64,000 bases of DNA from Polyangiales bacterium (GTDB taxonomy: Bacteria > Myxococcota_A > Polyangia > Polyangiales > Houyiibacteriaceae), in the NCBI GenBank assembly GCA_045106895.1, contig JBGCFM010000039.1, positions 128,001-192,000 of the forward strand. Reading direction: 5' to 3'. The notes beneath the pieces are model-generated. The model searched no databases, was not told the DNA's origin, and saw only the letters and a program-made list of their open reading frames with translations. The translations under genes and the position numbers were made by a program. Below are positions 8,909-17,482 of the stretch, piece after piece (the first letter of the stretch is position 1; every line of letters begins with the position of its first letter).

Positions 8909-9957
8909 TCCGCCGCCCTCGCTGCTTCGAGCGCTTCGCCCTCGGCGGCGTCAACCAAGTCCACCAAGGTGTCGCATGCAGACAGACACACCGCGTCGAA
9001 GGGGTCGCAGGTGCTGCATCCGTCCCCAATGGGCAGCCATCCGTAGGTCGGCGAAAGCACCAGCTCCGTAAAGCTGTCACGAAACCCGACCTCCACGTTG
9101 CCGCTACTGAGCTGGCCACCGACGAACTCGAGAATCGCGTCGCGGACGGTGTAGTCCACGCGGCGGATCACCGAGCCCAGGGTGATCGCAGCGAAGCGCG
9201 TGCTGTAGTCCGTCTCGGCACCGATGAGGTAGGTCCGCTCCGACGCTTCGAGGGCGGCGAGGGCCGTCCCCACACCGGTGCCTCCAGGTCCTGCGAGCGC
9301 GAGGATCACGTCGACATTCGGCGCCATCGCCGTCGCGAGCTCGCCCGCACGGGTCGCGTCGAAGAAGCCTTCGGGCCCGTCAGCGACGTAGGCCACCTCG
9401 ACAACCATGCCGCCGCGGGCCTCGACGCCAAGTTGAAACGGCGCCGCGATCTCCGTCACCGCAGGCGCGTCGACTCCGGCGATGATCCCCACTCGCCCGG
9501 TGGGAGCAATGGCCGGGTCGCTAACCGCTGCGACGCCAGCGAGGTAGGCTGGTTCAAACGCCTGATAGCGGACGCTACGCAGATTCGCGCAGGTGTCGGC
9601 GCCTTCGCCGATGAGCAGGACGCTGGCTCCGCCGAAATCACATTGGGCGTCGCGAACCAGGGAAGCGTAGAAGCCGCTCAGAATGATCAGGTCCCGACTC
9701 GTCGCGTCGGCGCGCCACGCGTCAAAGATGGCGCGCGACTCCACTGGATCCACAACGCTAGTCTCAACCTCCTGCGTGAAGTCTGCGCCGATCCCCCCGC
9801 GGGCCAGGGCGACGCCGGCAAGCGTCAGGTCGCCGAGGGACCCGTCCCCAGGCATTCCCGTCGTCATGATTCGAACGCGGGGGCGTCCAATAAGCTCCTC
9901 TCCGCCGCAATGAGGCAGCAACGCAAGGAGAGCGATACAAAGAAGTAGATGCTTCAT
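8905..9957 (-). CDS. BMP/Med (PnrA-like) family substrate-binding lipoprotein
   Basis: Lipoprotein-type signal ending LLPHC; motifs AYLAGVAA, GRVGIIAG, DVILALAGPGGTGV, IGAETD, SVIRRVD. Start at ATG 9957 via ATGA overlap. Confidence 0.85.
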   Translation of the reverse strand: MKHLLLCIALLALLPHCGGEELIGRPRVRIMTTGMPGDGSLGDLTLAGVALARGGIGADFTQEVETSVVDPVESRAIFDAWRADATSRDLIILSGFYASLVRDAQCDFGGASVLLIGEGADTCANLRSVRYQAFEPAYLAGVAAVSDPAIAPTGRVGIIAGVDAPAVTEIAAPFQLGVEARGGMVVEVAYVADGPEGFFDATRAGELATAMAPNVDVILALAGPGGTGVGTALAALEASERTYLIGAETDYSTRFAAITLGSVIRRVDYTVRDAILEFVGGQLSSGNVEVGFRDSFTELVLSPTYGWLPIGDGCSTCDPFDAVCLSACDTLVDLVDAAEGEALEAARAAE

Positions 9958-11105
9958 CGTGCGCCTCGCAAGCGCAGCGTTCGCGGTGCAAGCCGCAGGA
10001 GCAGAACCCCTGCCAGAAGTGACAAGCTGAGAGGCATACGCGAGCGGTTGGGTGTGGTGGTGCACGACAACACCGGCCCAGCGGGCGAGAGTCGCGCAGT
10101 CTCGAGCCAGGGAGACGAGCAGTAGTCATTTGTGATGTCGCAGACCTCGTAGCCAAGAGTCTCCGGGTTGGCGCGGCGGAACCACTTCAGAAGAACACCG
10201 TCGACCTCAAGGGCGAGGCTCTCCCTATCCTCGGCGAGGCGGCGTTGACTCACACGACCGAACGCTCGGACGAGGTCGGCCCCAGCTTCAATGGCGGCAA
10301 ACACGCGCTCTCTGTTCACCAACTCGCCGGTGACACCGCCCACCGTCACGCAGCTATCGGCGGCGGCGGAGTGCGGCATGCCGTCGCGCTCCTCGTCGAG
10401 GGTGTCGGCGATGGCCGCTTCGTAGTTCATCGTGTGCACGACGGAACGAAGGTCCGGCGAGCGAATCGCGTGGGTAAAGCTGTCCTGAAGCGTGTGGAGC
10501 GCGCGACCAAAGTGGTAGCCGATGGGGCTCACCTCCACCTCGATGGTGCCGTAGTTCTCCAAGGTCATCTGCACCTCAATGAGCGGAACGCCCACATCCA
10601 CAAACGCGTCGAAGGCGTTGCCGATCTCTTCGCGAATGACGTCGCGGCAACCCGCCAATGCGGTGTCGTTGCCCGCTTCGTAATCATCCTCCGCCGCGCG
10701 GAGGCAGTGGATGTACTGCCCGTGTGGGTCGGACTGCACGGAGCGAAGCACCGCCAAGTTTGTCAGCGAGAATCCTTCGCTGTCTGGAGCGCGCGTGCCC
10801 GTGATGATGGAAAAGATGAAGAAGCGCTGTCCGCGAGGAAATTCCGACGTGTTGGGATAGAGGTGCTCGAGGATCTCTTCCCATTCCCCGTCGGGTATCT
10901 GGTCATCCGTGAGAAGTTCAACACCGTCTCTGTCGGTGAGTTCAAGACCCGCCCCGCCGATGAGGAAGGACGCCACGGAGATGCGCTCGTGACAGCCATT
11001 GGTGAACCCCGACTGGACCGTGAAGGCGTGGGCGCGAGGCGCGTCGACGAGCCCAAAGGTGATCAGACTTGCCGCAAGAGCGAGGCGTACATGTGAATGG
11101 TTCAT
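9954..11105 (-). CDS. Secreted Zn-dependent phospholipase C/P1-nuclease-like hydrolase with MYXO-CTERM-like anchor
   Basis: Signal ending AHA-F; early His (CHERIS); GRALHTLQDSFTH; PHSAAAD; C-terminal Cys plus hydrophobic stretch plus Arg-rich tail. Confidence 0.65.
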   Translation of the reverse strand: MNHSHVRLALAASLITFGLVDAPRAHAFTVQSGFTNGCHERISVASFLIGGAGLELTDRDGVELLTDDQIPDGEWEEILEHLYPNTSEFPRGQRFFIFSIITGTRAPDSEGFSLTNLAVLRSVQSDPHGQYIHCLRAAEDDYEAGNDTALAGCRDVIREEIGNAFDAFVDVGVPLIEVQMTLENYGTIEVEVSPIGYHFGRALHTLQDSFTHAIRSPDLRSVVHTMNYEAAIADTLDEERDGMPHSAAADSCVTVGGVTGELVNRERVFAAIEAGADLVRAFGRVSQRRLAEDRESLALEVDGVLLKWFRRANPETLGYEVCDITNDYCSSPWLETARLSPAGPVLSCTTTPNRSRMPLSLSLLAGVLLLRLAPRTLRLRGAR

Positions 11106-11734
11106 TGGGACTGCCTCGAGAGATCGAACTCGACGGTGACCGTCGTTCGCACCTGGATAAGCAAGAGCGGAATTCCGGAGAAGTCCGGGATCAACATGGA
11201 GAACGAGAGCGGGTCCACCACGAGGGTCTTGGAGCTTGGCAGTGGGATGCGAATTCCGACGGGCCGAGACTCGAGGCCAAACCCAATGGTGCCGGCTTGG
11301 TCAACGAGGGTATTGCGCAAGAGAAGCGTCGGGCCCACGGCAAGCTCAAAGCGGAGCCGGTCCGACGCGTAGTGAACATCGAAGCCCACGAGGAGCGACA
11401 GGACACCTTGGGCGACGCCCTCGAATGTGTCCTCCGAGTCCGCGGCGAGCTCCGCTTCGGGAAACCACGTGTTCTCCAGAACCAGCGTGAGGCCGGCGCG
11501 CTCAAAGTCGATGCCGCCGGTGACGGCGAAACCAGCGCTCAGCTGCAGCGGCTCCTTATCCAGAAGCGCCGAAATAAAGACCGCATGAACCTGCGCGCCC
11601 ACCCAGTAGCTGGGCTCGAACTCAGGTTCTGTGGCTTCGTCGAGGGAGAGCGAAGCGTCCGTGCTTTGCGCCTCCGCGGTGGGCGCGAAGAGCGCGCCCG
11701 CGACGAGAAGAATCAGTATCGCGATGGATGGCAT
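11102..11734 (-). CDS. Secreted putative beta-barrel protein
   Basis: Signal ending AEA-Q; alternating beta-strand pattern ending VRTTVTVEF; homologous to the C-terminal domain of 8015-8908. Confidence 0.7.
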   Translation of the reverse strand: MPSIAILILLVAGALFAPTAEAQSTDASLSLDEATEPEFEPSYWVGAQVHAVFISALLDKEPLQLSAGFAVTGGIDFERAGLTLVLENTWFPEAELAADSEDTFEGVAQGVLSLLVGFDVHYASDRLRFELAVGPTLLLRNTLVDQAGTIGFGLESRPVGIRIPLPSSKTLVVDPLSFSMLIPDFSGIPLLLIQVRTTVTVEFDLSRQSQ

Positions 11735-11958
11735 GGGGATGTCCAGTTGGGCGCAGACTGCGCGCTCGGCGCGAGCTATCCCACGCTGCCTCTAAATACG
11801 CACTCGCAATACACGCCAAGTTACGTGCGACAGGCGCCAAGCGTGAGTCAACGACCGAAAGGTACTCGGCCGCTTGGTCGTTTACTCTGAAGCGCGTTGC
11901 CTTCTTGGACTTCAAGCTCGAAGCTCAATATCCAGTCGCTTCGACATCCCGCAGTCGC

Positions 11959-13989
11959 TCAGCGAGTGATCGCCGCCTCGGGCCGGTCCACGTCGCGCAA
12001 CACGCCTTCGTCGTCGATGGGAATACGCAACACCGCCCCGGGCGCCCCTTGTATGAGAACCTTGCCGCCTGCGTCCCCGTCGAGGCGCTGCAAAGCGTCA
12101 AAGTAGCGTTCGGGCCACAGTACGGGGTTACCGAGGCGACGCTCGTCTGCGGCTCCGCTTTCCGGCGCGATGATGAGGTGCTGCGTACTACTTTGGTGCG
12201 CGGCAACGAGGAGGCGAATGTCCTTCGGCCGCACGAAGGGCATGTCACCGAGGACGACGAGGGTGGCATCCACCTGCGCGCGAATTGCGCGAACGCCGGC
12301 TGCGATAGAGCTGCCCATGCCAGAGCTGTAGTTCTCGTTGTGGACCCACACGACGTTCAGCCCATCGAGAGCTCGACGGACGCGCGACGCTTCGTGGCCA
12401 AGGACCACAACAACGGGAAAAACCTCGGCGTCGAGGGTCGCTTCGACGACGCGACGCACCATCACCTTCCCCTCGATGTCCGCGAGGAGCTTGTTCTCCG
12501 TGCCCGCGCGGCTCGAGGTTCCGGCGGCGAGAACCACGGCGCCTACGCGACGCGGCGCGGCGCGGCGACGTCGCGTCGCGACGACTTCCGCAAGGATCGA
12601 GAGAGCGATTTCGGCGGCGCCTTGGCCACCGATAGGAACGCCAGCTGGGCCGTGTAGACGCGCCAGCTCGGTCTCCGACAACCCAGTAACACGGAGGCGG
12701 AGCAGGCGCTCGCGTTGGGTCTTGCGACTGCCCAGGGCGCCGACGTAGAAGGCTTCGCTGCGCAGCCCGACGGAGAGGCTTGGGTCGTCAATATTGGGAT
12801 TGTGGCTGAGCACAACAAGGGCACTTCGAGAATCGATGAGCGCCGGCAACACATCCTTCGGCGCGCCCACATGAAGCTCGATGGACCCGAATCGCTTAGC
12901 GTTCGCAAACGCTGAACGCGGATCGACAAGAACGGGACGAAATCCGACTTCGACGGCGAGGACGGCAAGCATCTGAGCGATATGCGTGCCGCCGACAAGG
13001 ATGAGGCGCGGCGGCGGCCGGAGCGCTTCGACGAACTGTTGCGATGATGGGCCCGGCACTCCAATGGCGTCGGCGCCGCTCAAGACGGCTTCGATGGCTT
13101 CGATGACATCGGGAGTCCGCGATGCGTCGTGCCCCCGTTGCGCGATTTCCCAGGCGCCGGACTCAAGGTCGAGAATGCGCGCACTCCCAATCCGTGTAGC
13201 GGTCCGAATACGTCCGATATCTTCGGCGCCCGGAGCGCGCGTGATGTGCACCTGAATTTCACCGCCACAAGGGAGCCCAACTTCGCCCGCTTGGCTGTTG
13301 GCGATGCGAAACGTCAGCAAACGCGAGAAGCTTGGCGGGTTCGATGCGCCGAGAAGCTGAATCGCCGCCTGGGCCACCGCGGACTCCACGCAGCCCCCGG
13401 ATACGCTGCCCCAGAATTCGCCGGAAGAAGCCACAACCATCCGGCTTCCGAGTGGGCAAGGGCTGGACCCGCCCACTCGGACCAAGGTGACGAGCGCCGC
13501 GTCGTCGCCATCGGCACGAATGTCCTCAATCTGCGACCACACGTCGGCGTTCAGCGCGCGGGGCGGGAGGACGGAGTGCTCCGGAACCGCTCGGGGCCGT
13601 TCTTCGTGGAGCGCATCCTCGAGCGCACGCCAAGGCAGCAGCGCGCAGACATGACGACTGGGGTACGCGTGCAGCCTACGGAAAACAGCGAAGCGACCGG
13701 CGCCCGCGTCGCGCTTCGCGAGCCGCGACTCGAGTTCGGCCAAGCGCACGGAGCACTCCGACATTTCGGCGCCGCGCAGCGTTTCCACCAGAAGCGCCGC
13801 AGACGCGCGGCAGACCAAGCAGCCCTGAACCTCGACGCCGACCGATTCGACTCGACCGTCGACAACAACAACACCGAGCTTCGTCACATCGCCGCAAAGA
13901 GGGTTATGCGCCTCACCCACCTTGGCCGCCGCAGGAATCGCGTAGGCACGATCGGCGAGAGATACTAAGTCTTCTTCGTAGAGGCTCAT
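11959..13989 (-). CDS. Triple fusion: SufU/IscU-like sulfur-transfer domain + XdhC Moco chaperone + MocA-like Moco cytidylyltransferase
   Basis: SufU: HNPLCGD, GCLVCRASA, RHVCALLPWRAL. XdhC: GSSPCP, GSVSGGCVE, GLPCGG, YVGALGSRKT, EIALSILAEV. MocA: VLAAGTSSR..NKLL, LGDMPFV, GNPVLW, GDAGGK, DVD. Confidence 0.92.
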   Translation of the reverse strand: MSLYEEDLVSLADRAYAIPAAAKVGEAHNPLCGDVTKLGVVVVDGRVESVGVEVQGCLVCRASAALLVETLRGAEMSECSVRLAELESRLAKRDAGAGRFAVFRRLHAYPSRHVCALLPWRALEDALHEERPRAVPEHSVLPPRALNADVWSQIEDIRADGDDAALVTLVRVGGSSPCPLGSRMVVASSGEFWGSVSGGCVESAVAQAAIQLLGASNPPSFSRLLTFRIANSQAGEVGLPCGGEIQVHITRAPGAEDIGRIRTATRIGSARILDLESGAWEIAQRGHDASRTPDVIEAIEAVLSGADAIGVPGPSSQQFVEALRPPPRLILVGGTHIAQMLAVLAVEVGFRPVLVDPRSAFANAKRFGSIELHVGAPKDVLPALIDSRSALVVLSHNPNIDDPSLSVGLRSEAFYVGALGSRKTQRERLLRLRVTGLSETELARLHGPAGVPIGGQGAAEIALSILAEVVATRRRRAAPRRVGAVVLAAGTSSRAGTENKLLADIEGKVMVRRVVEATLDAEVFPVVVVLGHEASRVRRALDGLNVVWVHNENYSSGMGSSIAAGVRAIRAQVDATLVVLGDMPFVRPKDIRLLVAAHQSSTQHLIIAPESGAADERRLGNPVLWPERYFDALQRLDGDAGGKVLIQGAPGAVLRIPIDDEGVLRDVDRPEAAITR

Positions 13990-15167
13990 CGCCGGAACAT
14001 GCGCCTGGCTGCTCGGACCACATCAGCAAGCCGGGACACATCAGCTTTGGTGTTGTAGACACCGAAGGAAGCGCGAACAACGCTCGCATGCCCGAGGGCG
14101 CGCAGGAGTGGTTCAGCACAATGATGACCCACCCGCAGCGCGACACCGGCGTCGTCGGCGAAGGTGCCAAAGTCGTGCGGGTGAATCCCATCGAGGGCAA
14201 ACGAGCAGACCCCGGCGCGCGTCTTTGGATCACCGACGAGGGTTAGTCCTTCGATGGCGCGCAGAGCCTCTGCGGCGGCGCTCGCAAGGTCGCCGACGCT
14301 ACGATGGCAAGCCGCGAAGCGCAGGCCCGCGGCTGTGCCCACAGCACCCGCGACGTTTGGAGTTCCCGCCTCGAATCGTTCTGGGCCCGTCGCAAACGCG
14401 GCCGCCTTTTCGCTGACGTGCGTCACCATGCCCCCGCCGACCAGGAGCGGAGCGCATTCTTCCTGGCGCCGCGCGGGCATCCATAAGACCCCGGCGCCGG
14501 GTGGCCCATACGCTTTGTGGGCCGAGAAAGCGTAAGCGTCGCAGGCGATGCGTTTTAGGTCCACGTCGAGGTGAGGCACCGCTTGAGCGCCATCGACGAC
14601 AAACAAAGCCTCCGGAGAAACCTCATCGAGAAGAGCGCGGAGTGCCCTCAAAGGCGACACGGCGCCGGTGACGTTCGACACATGCGTAACAGCCAGTACG
14701 CGCACATGCTTCGTGAGCTTTCGGCGGACATCGTCGACGTCGAGTTCGCCCTCGGGTGTGCATTGAAGGCCAATTAATCGAGCGCCCGTCGCTTCGCTCA
14801 CTCGGCGCCACGGAAGAAGCAAACTATGGTGCGCCGACGGTCCCACAAGAACCTCGTCGCCGGGGCGAAGATTTCGCCGCCCCCAGCCCGCGGCCACCAG
14901 GTTGAGCGCTTCGGTGGCGGAGCGCGTCCAAATCACCTCGGCGGGCTCGGCCTTGAGGTGCGCGGAAACCTCACGGCGCGCCCGGGCGTAGGCGTCTGAG
15001 GCTCGCTGGCCAAGCGTGTGAACACTGCGTCCGGCGCCGCCCCCGAGGGTGAGTTCTTCGGCGAGGGCGCTCACGACCGTCGTGGGCACGAGGCTCGTCG
15101 TCGCCGCGTCGAGGTACGTTCGACCCGCCAGCGAGGGAAAGAGTGACGGGAAGTCAGTTCGCGGCAC
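13986..15167 (-). CDS. sufS: SufS-type (group II) PLP-dependent cysteine desulfurase
   Basis: YLDAATT, VDGAQAVPH, PLP-lysine SAHKAYGP, RFEAGTPN, catalytic RVGHHCA; ATGA overlap with the fusion gene. Confidence 0.92.
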   Translation of the reverse strand: MPRTDFPSLFPSLAGRTYLDAATTSLVPTTVVSALAEELTLGGGAGRSVHTLGQRASDAYARARREVSAHLKAEPAEVIWTRSATEALNLVAAGWGRRNLRPGDEVLVGPSAHHSLLLPWRRVSEATGARLIGLQCTPEGELDVDDVRRKLTKHVRVLAVTHVSNVTGAVSPLRALRALLDEVSPEALFVVDGAQAVPHLDVDLKRIACDAYAFSAHKAYGPPGAGVLWMPARRQEECAPLLVGGGMVTHVSEKAAAFATGPERFEAGTPNVAGAVGTAAGLRFAACHRSVGDLASAAAEALRAIEGLTLVGDPKTRAGVCSFALDGIHPHDFGTFADDAGVALRVGHHCAEPLLRALGHASVVRASFGVYNTKADVSRLADVVRAARRMFRR

Positions 15168-16170
15168 GCCGCGCCGCCTCTGGCGTTCCGCCGGTCCAGC
15201 TTTGAAACGCGCGATAGAACGAGTTTGGCTCTTCGAAACCCAGCAAGAGTGACACCTCGGCGACGGGGATATTCGTGGCGCGGAGATAGTGCGTCGCCAA
15301 GGTAACGCGGGTCTCGCGCAGCACTTCGCGAAACGACGTACCTTCCTCCCTCAACCAGCGCTGCAGCGTGCGCTTGCTCGTCCCGAGGTCCTGGGCGACG
15401 TCGTCAATACTGGTGCGGCCGCTTGGCAGCCCGCGATTCAACGCCGTTCGAACACGTTCCGCCGACGATGCATGCGGCTTCAGCTCACTCAAGTCACGCC
15501 GCAGCGCGGGCTCGAAGACGTCCCACATCGCAGCGTTCGCCGTGAGGAAGGGCCGACGTGCGTCTTCGAGGGAAAACTCTACTTCATCCCAAGCGCCAGT
15601 CTCTGGACAAACGCCGAAGAACGCTTCGAACTCAGCGGCGGGTTCGAGCCGGCGACGCGAACGCACCCGAACCGGCGCCAAGCGCGTTCGTGTTCCAATT
15701 CGCGCGAGACGCACCAAAAAGAGGAGTTCGAGAGCGACAAAGGTGGGGGAGATGTGCGCCTCCCGGTCCGGCCAGACGAAACGGGCCCGGACGCACTTGG
15801 TGTCTGCCTCGACGTCGAGGCTAAGCGGGCCGACGAGTGCCTTGAACAGGCTCAGACGGCACAGGGCTGTGTGAAGGTTTGGACTGCAGAGCGCAGCGAA
15901 GAATGTGGGATTGAAGTACTCGGCGCTAATGAACTCGACGATTCGAATCGGCAGCGCCGGGTCGTCGACTTCTTCGGCGAGAGCATCCCAAAACTGGTTG
16001 TAGTCCGCGGGAGCGACAGCTCGTTGTGGGTGCGAAAACGAGTCGAGGGGAAGTCCCGCGCGCCGAAGCACATTTGCCTTATTCGCCCCCAGCGCCTGGA
16101 GGAGCACTTCCGAGGCGGGTTCGAACTTGTAGCTAGAGGTCTTCATGATGAGTACATGTTCTTCGCTCAT
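15154..16170 (-). CDS. AraC-family transcriptional regulator
   Basis: C-terminal double HTH (SKRTLQRWLREEGTSF, LLGFEEPNSFYRAFQSWTGGTP); start at 16170 or 16146; 3' end overlaps the sufS start. Confidence 0.92.
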   Translation of the reverse strand: MSEEHVLIMKTSSYKFEPASEVLLQALGANKANVLRRAGLPLDSFSHPQRAVAPADYNQFWDALAEEVDDPALPIRIVEFISAEYFNPTFFAALCSPNLHTALCRLSLFKALVGPLSLDVEADTKCVRARFVWPDREAHISPTFVALELLFLVRLARIGTRTRLAPVRVRSRRRLEPAAEFEAFFGVCPETGAWDEVEFSLEDARRPFLTANAAMWDVFEPALRRDLSELKPHASSAERVRTALNRGLPSGRTSIDDVAQDLGTSKRTLQRWLREEGTSFREVLRETRVTLATHYLRATNIPVAEVSLLLGFEEPNSFYRAFQSWTGGTPEAARRAAN

Positions 16171-16187
16171 CGCGAGGCTAACACAAC

Positions 16188-16221
16188 AGCGAAGCACGCC
16201 AATCCGCTAGCGAAGCGCGCC
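16188..16221. promoter_or_regulatory. Tandem direct repeats, probable AraC-family operator
   Basis: AGCGAAGCACGCC (16188-16200) and AGCGAAGCGCGCC (16209-16221), 21-bp period, in the divergent intergenic region. Confidence 0.6.
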
Positions 16222-16277
16222 GTCATCGTGCTCGCCCTTGCCTCTGATGCGGCCGCGCGCGAGGGTCTTGTCGCGCC

Positions 16278-17021
16278 ATGACCCCGTCCATCCGAGCCAC
16301 GACCTATGCCTTCTTCGCCTCGTCTTTCGGGCTCTTCGCCTGCGGCGACGAAGCGCCCCTCACCCCACCCGAGCTGCCCGAAGCCGCCGCGGCGAACGCC
16401 GTCGAGCCGTCGCTTCGCCCCGCCCTGCCGGAGGGCGAAGACCCAGACTTTCACGCGATGATGGACGTGCTGGTTTCCCCGCGATGCATAAACTGTCACC
16501 CGAACGACGGCGTGCCTAAGCAGAGGGACGAAGCGCGCCCCCATCTCTTTGGCGTGCAGCGCGGAGAGGCAAACGTTGGCGTCCCCGCTCTGCACTGCGT
16601 CACCTGCCACCAGGATGAAAACAACGACGACTCCGGCGTCCCGGGCGCCCCGGAGTGGTCGCTAGCGCCCCACGCCATGGCTTGGGAAGGCCTCGACCGT
16701 TACGCCATCGCGCGTTCGATGCTCAGCCGCGCGAACAACGGCAACCGAGGTCTCGAGGAAGTACGCCACCACCTCACGGAGCACGCCCTCGTTCTTTGGG
16801 CGTGGACGCCCGGCGTCGACGCGGAAGGAGAGGCCCGCCTTCCTCCACCGGTGCCCCTCGACGAGTACCGGCGGGCCGTGAACCGGTGGTTTGCGGCGGG
16901 CGCACAGATTCCAGGTGATCCACCACGTCCGCCGGAACAACCGGAAGAAGAAGCTCCCGCCGAATCCGAAGAATCCGTCTCCCCGAACATCCACGAGACC
17001 GAAAGTGACTACGCCCCATGA
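16278..17021 (+). CDS. Di-heme c-type cytochrome lipoprotein associated with an IorAB-type oxidoreductase
   Basis: Lipobox LFAC; two CxxCH motifs (CINCH, CVTCH); ATGA overlap with the 2Fe-2S subunit. Confidence 0.85.
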   Translation: MTPSIRATTYAFFASSFGLFACGDEAPLTPPELPEAAAANAVEPSLRPALPEGEDPDFHAMMDVLVSPRCINCHPNDGVPKQRDEARPHLFGVQRGEANVGVPALHCVTCHQDENNDDSGVPGAPEWSLAPHAMAWEGLDRYAIARSMLSRANNGNRGLEEVRHHLTEHALVLWAWTPGVDAEGEARLPPPVPLDEYRRAVNRWFAAGAQIPGDPPRPPEQPEEEAPAESEESVSPNIHETESDYAP

Positions 17022-17482
17022 GAATCTCACTGACCCTCAACGGACAACCCCGTTCCATCGAAACCGACGGCGAACAGCCGCTCCTTTGGGTTCTACGCGA
17101 CGAGCTTGAACTCAAAGGAACCAAGTTCGGCTGTGGCAAAGCCGCGTGCGGCGCATGCACGATTCACATGGATGGCAACGCCGTGCGCTCTTGCTCCGTC
17201 GCGGCGAAGCACGCTGAGGGCAAAGAGCTCGTCACCATCGAGGGCCTCGGAACGCGCGAGGCACCACACCCGACGCAGCAAGCGTGGCTTGAAGAGATCG
17301 TCCCCCAGTGCGGCTACTGCCAGCCCGGCTTCATCATGGCCGCGGCGGCGCTCATCGAGAGCAATCCAAACCCGACGGACGAGGACATCGACGCGAGCAT
17401 CGCCAACATCTGTCGATGCGGAACTCATGTTCGGATCCGTCGCGCCATCAAGCGCGCCGCGGCGATTAAGCGAGGCGAGTAA
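17018..17482 (+). CDS. iorA: 2Fe-2S small subunit of xanthine/aldehyde/isoquinoline oxidoreductase family (IorA/CoxS-like)
   Basis: [30 protein letters not shown]. Confidence 0.92.
   Translation: MRISLTLNGQPRSIETDGEQPLLWVLRDELELKGTKFGCGKAACGACTIHMDGNAVRSCSVAAKHAEGKELVTIEGLGTREAPHPTQQAWLEEIVPQCGYCQPGFIMAAAALIESNPNPTDEDIDASIANICRCGTHVRIRRAIKRAAAIKRGE

Noticed and set aside
13600..15167. sufS-sufU as a housekeeping SUF Fe-S assembly operon
   Set aside because: No sufB, sufC or sufD nearby, and the SufU domain is fused in frame to XdhC-MocA.
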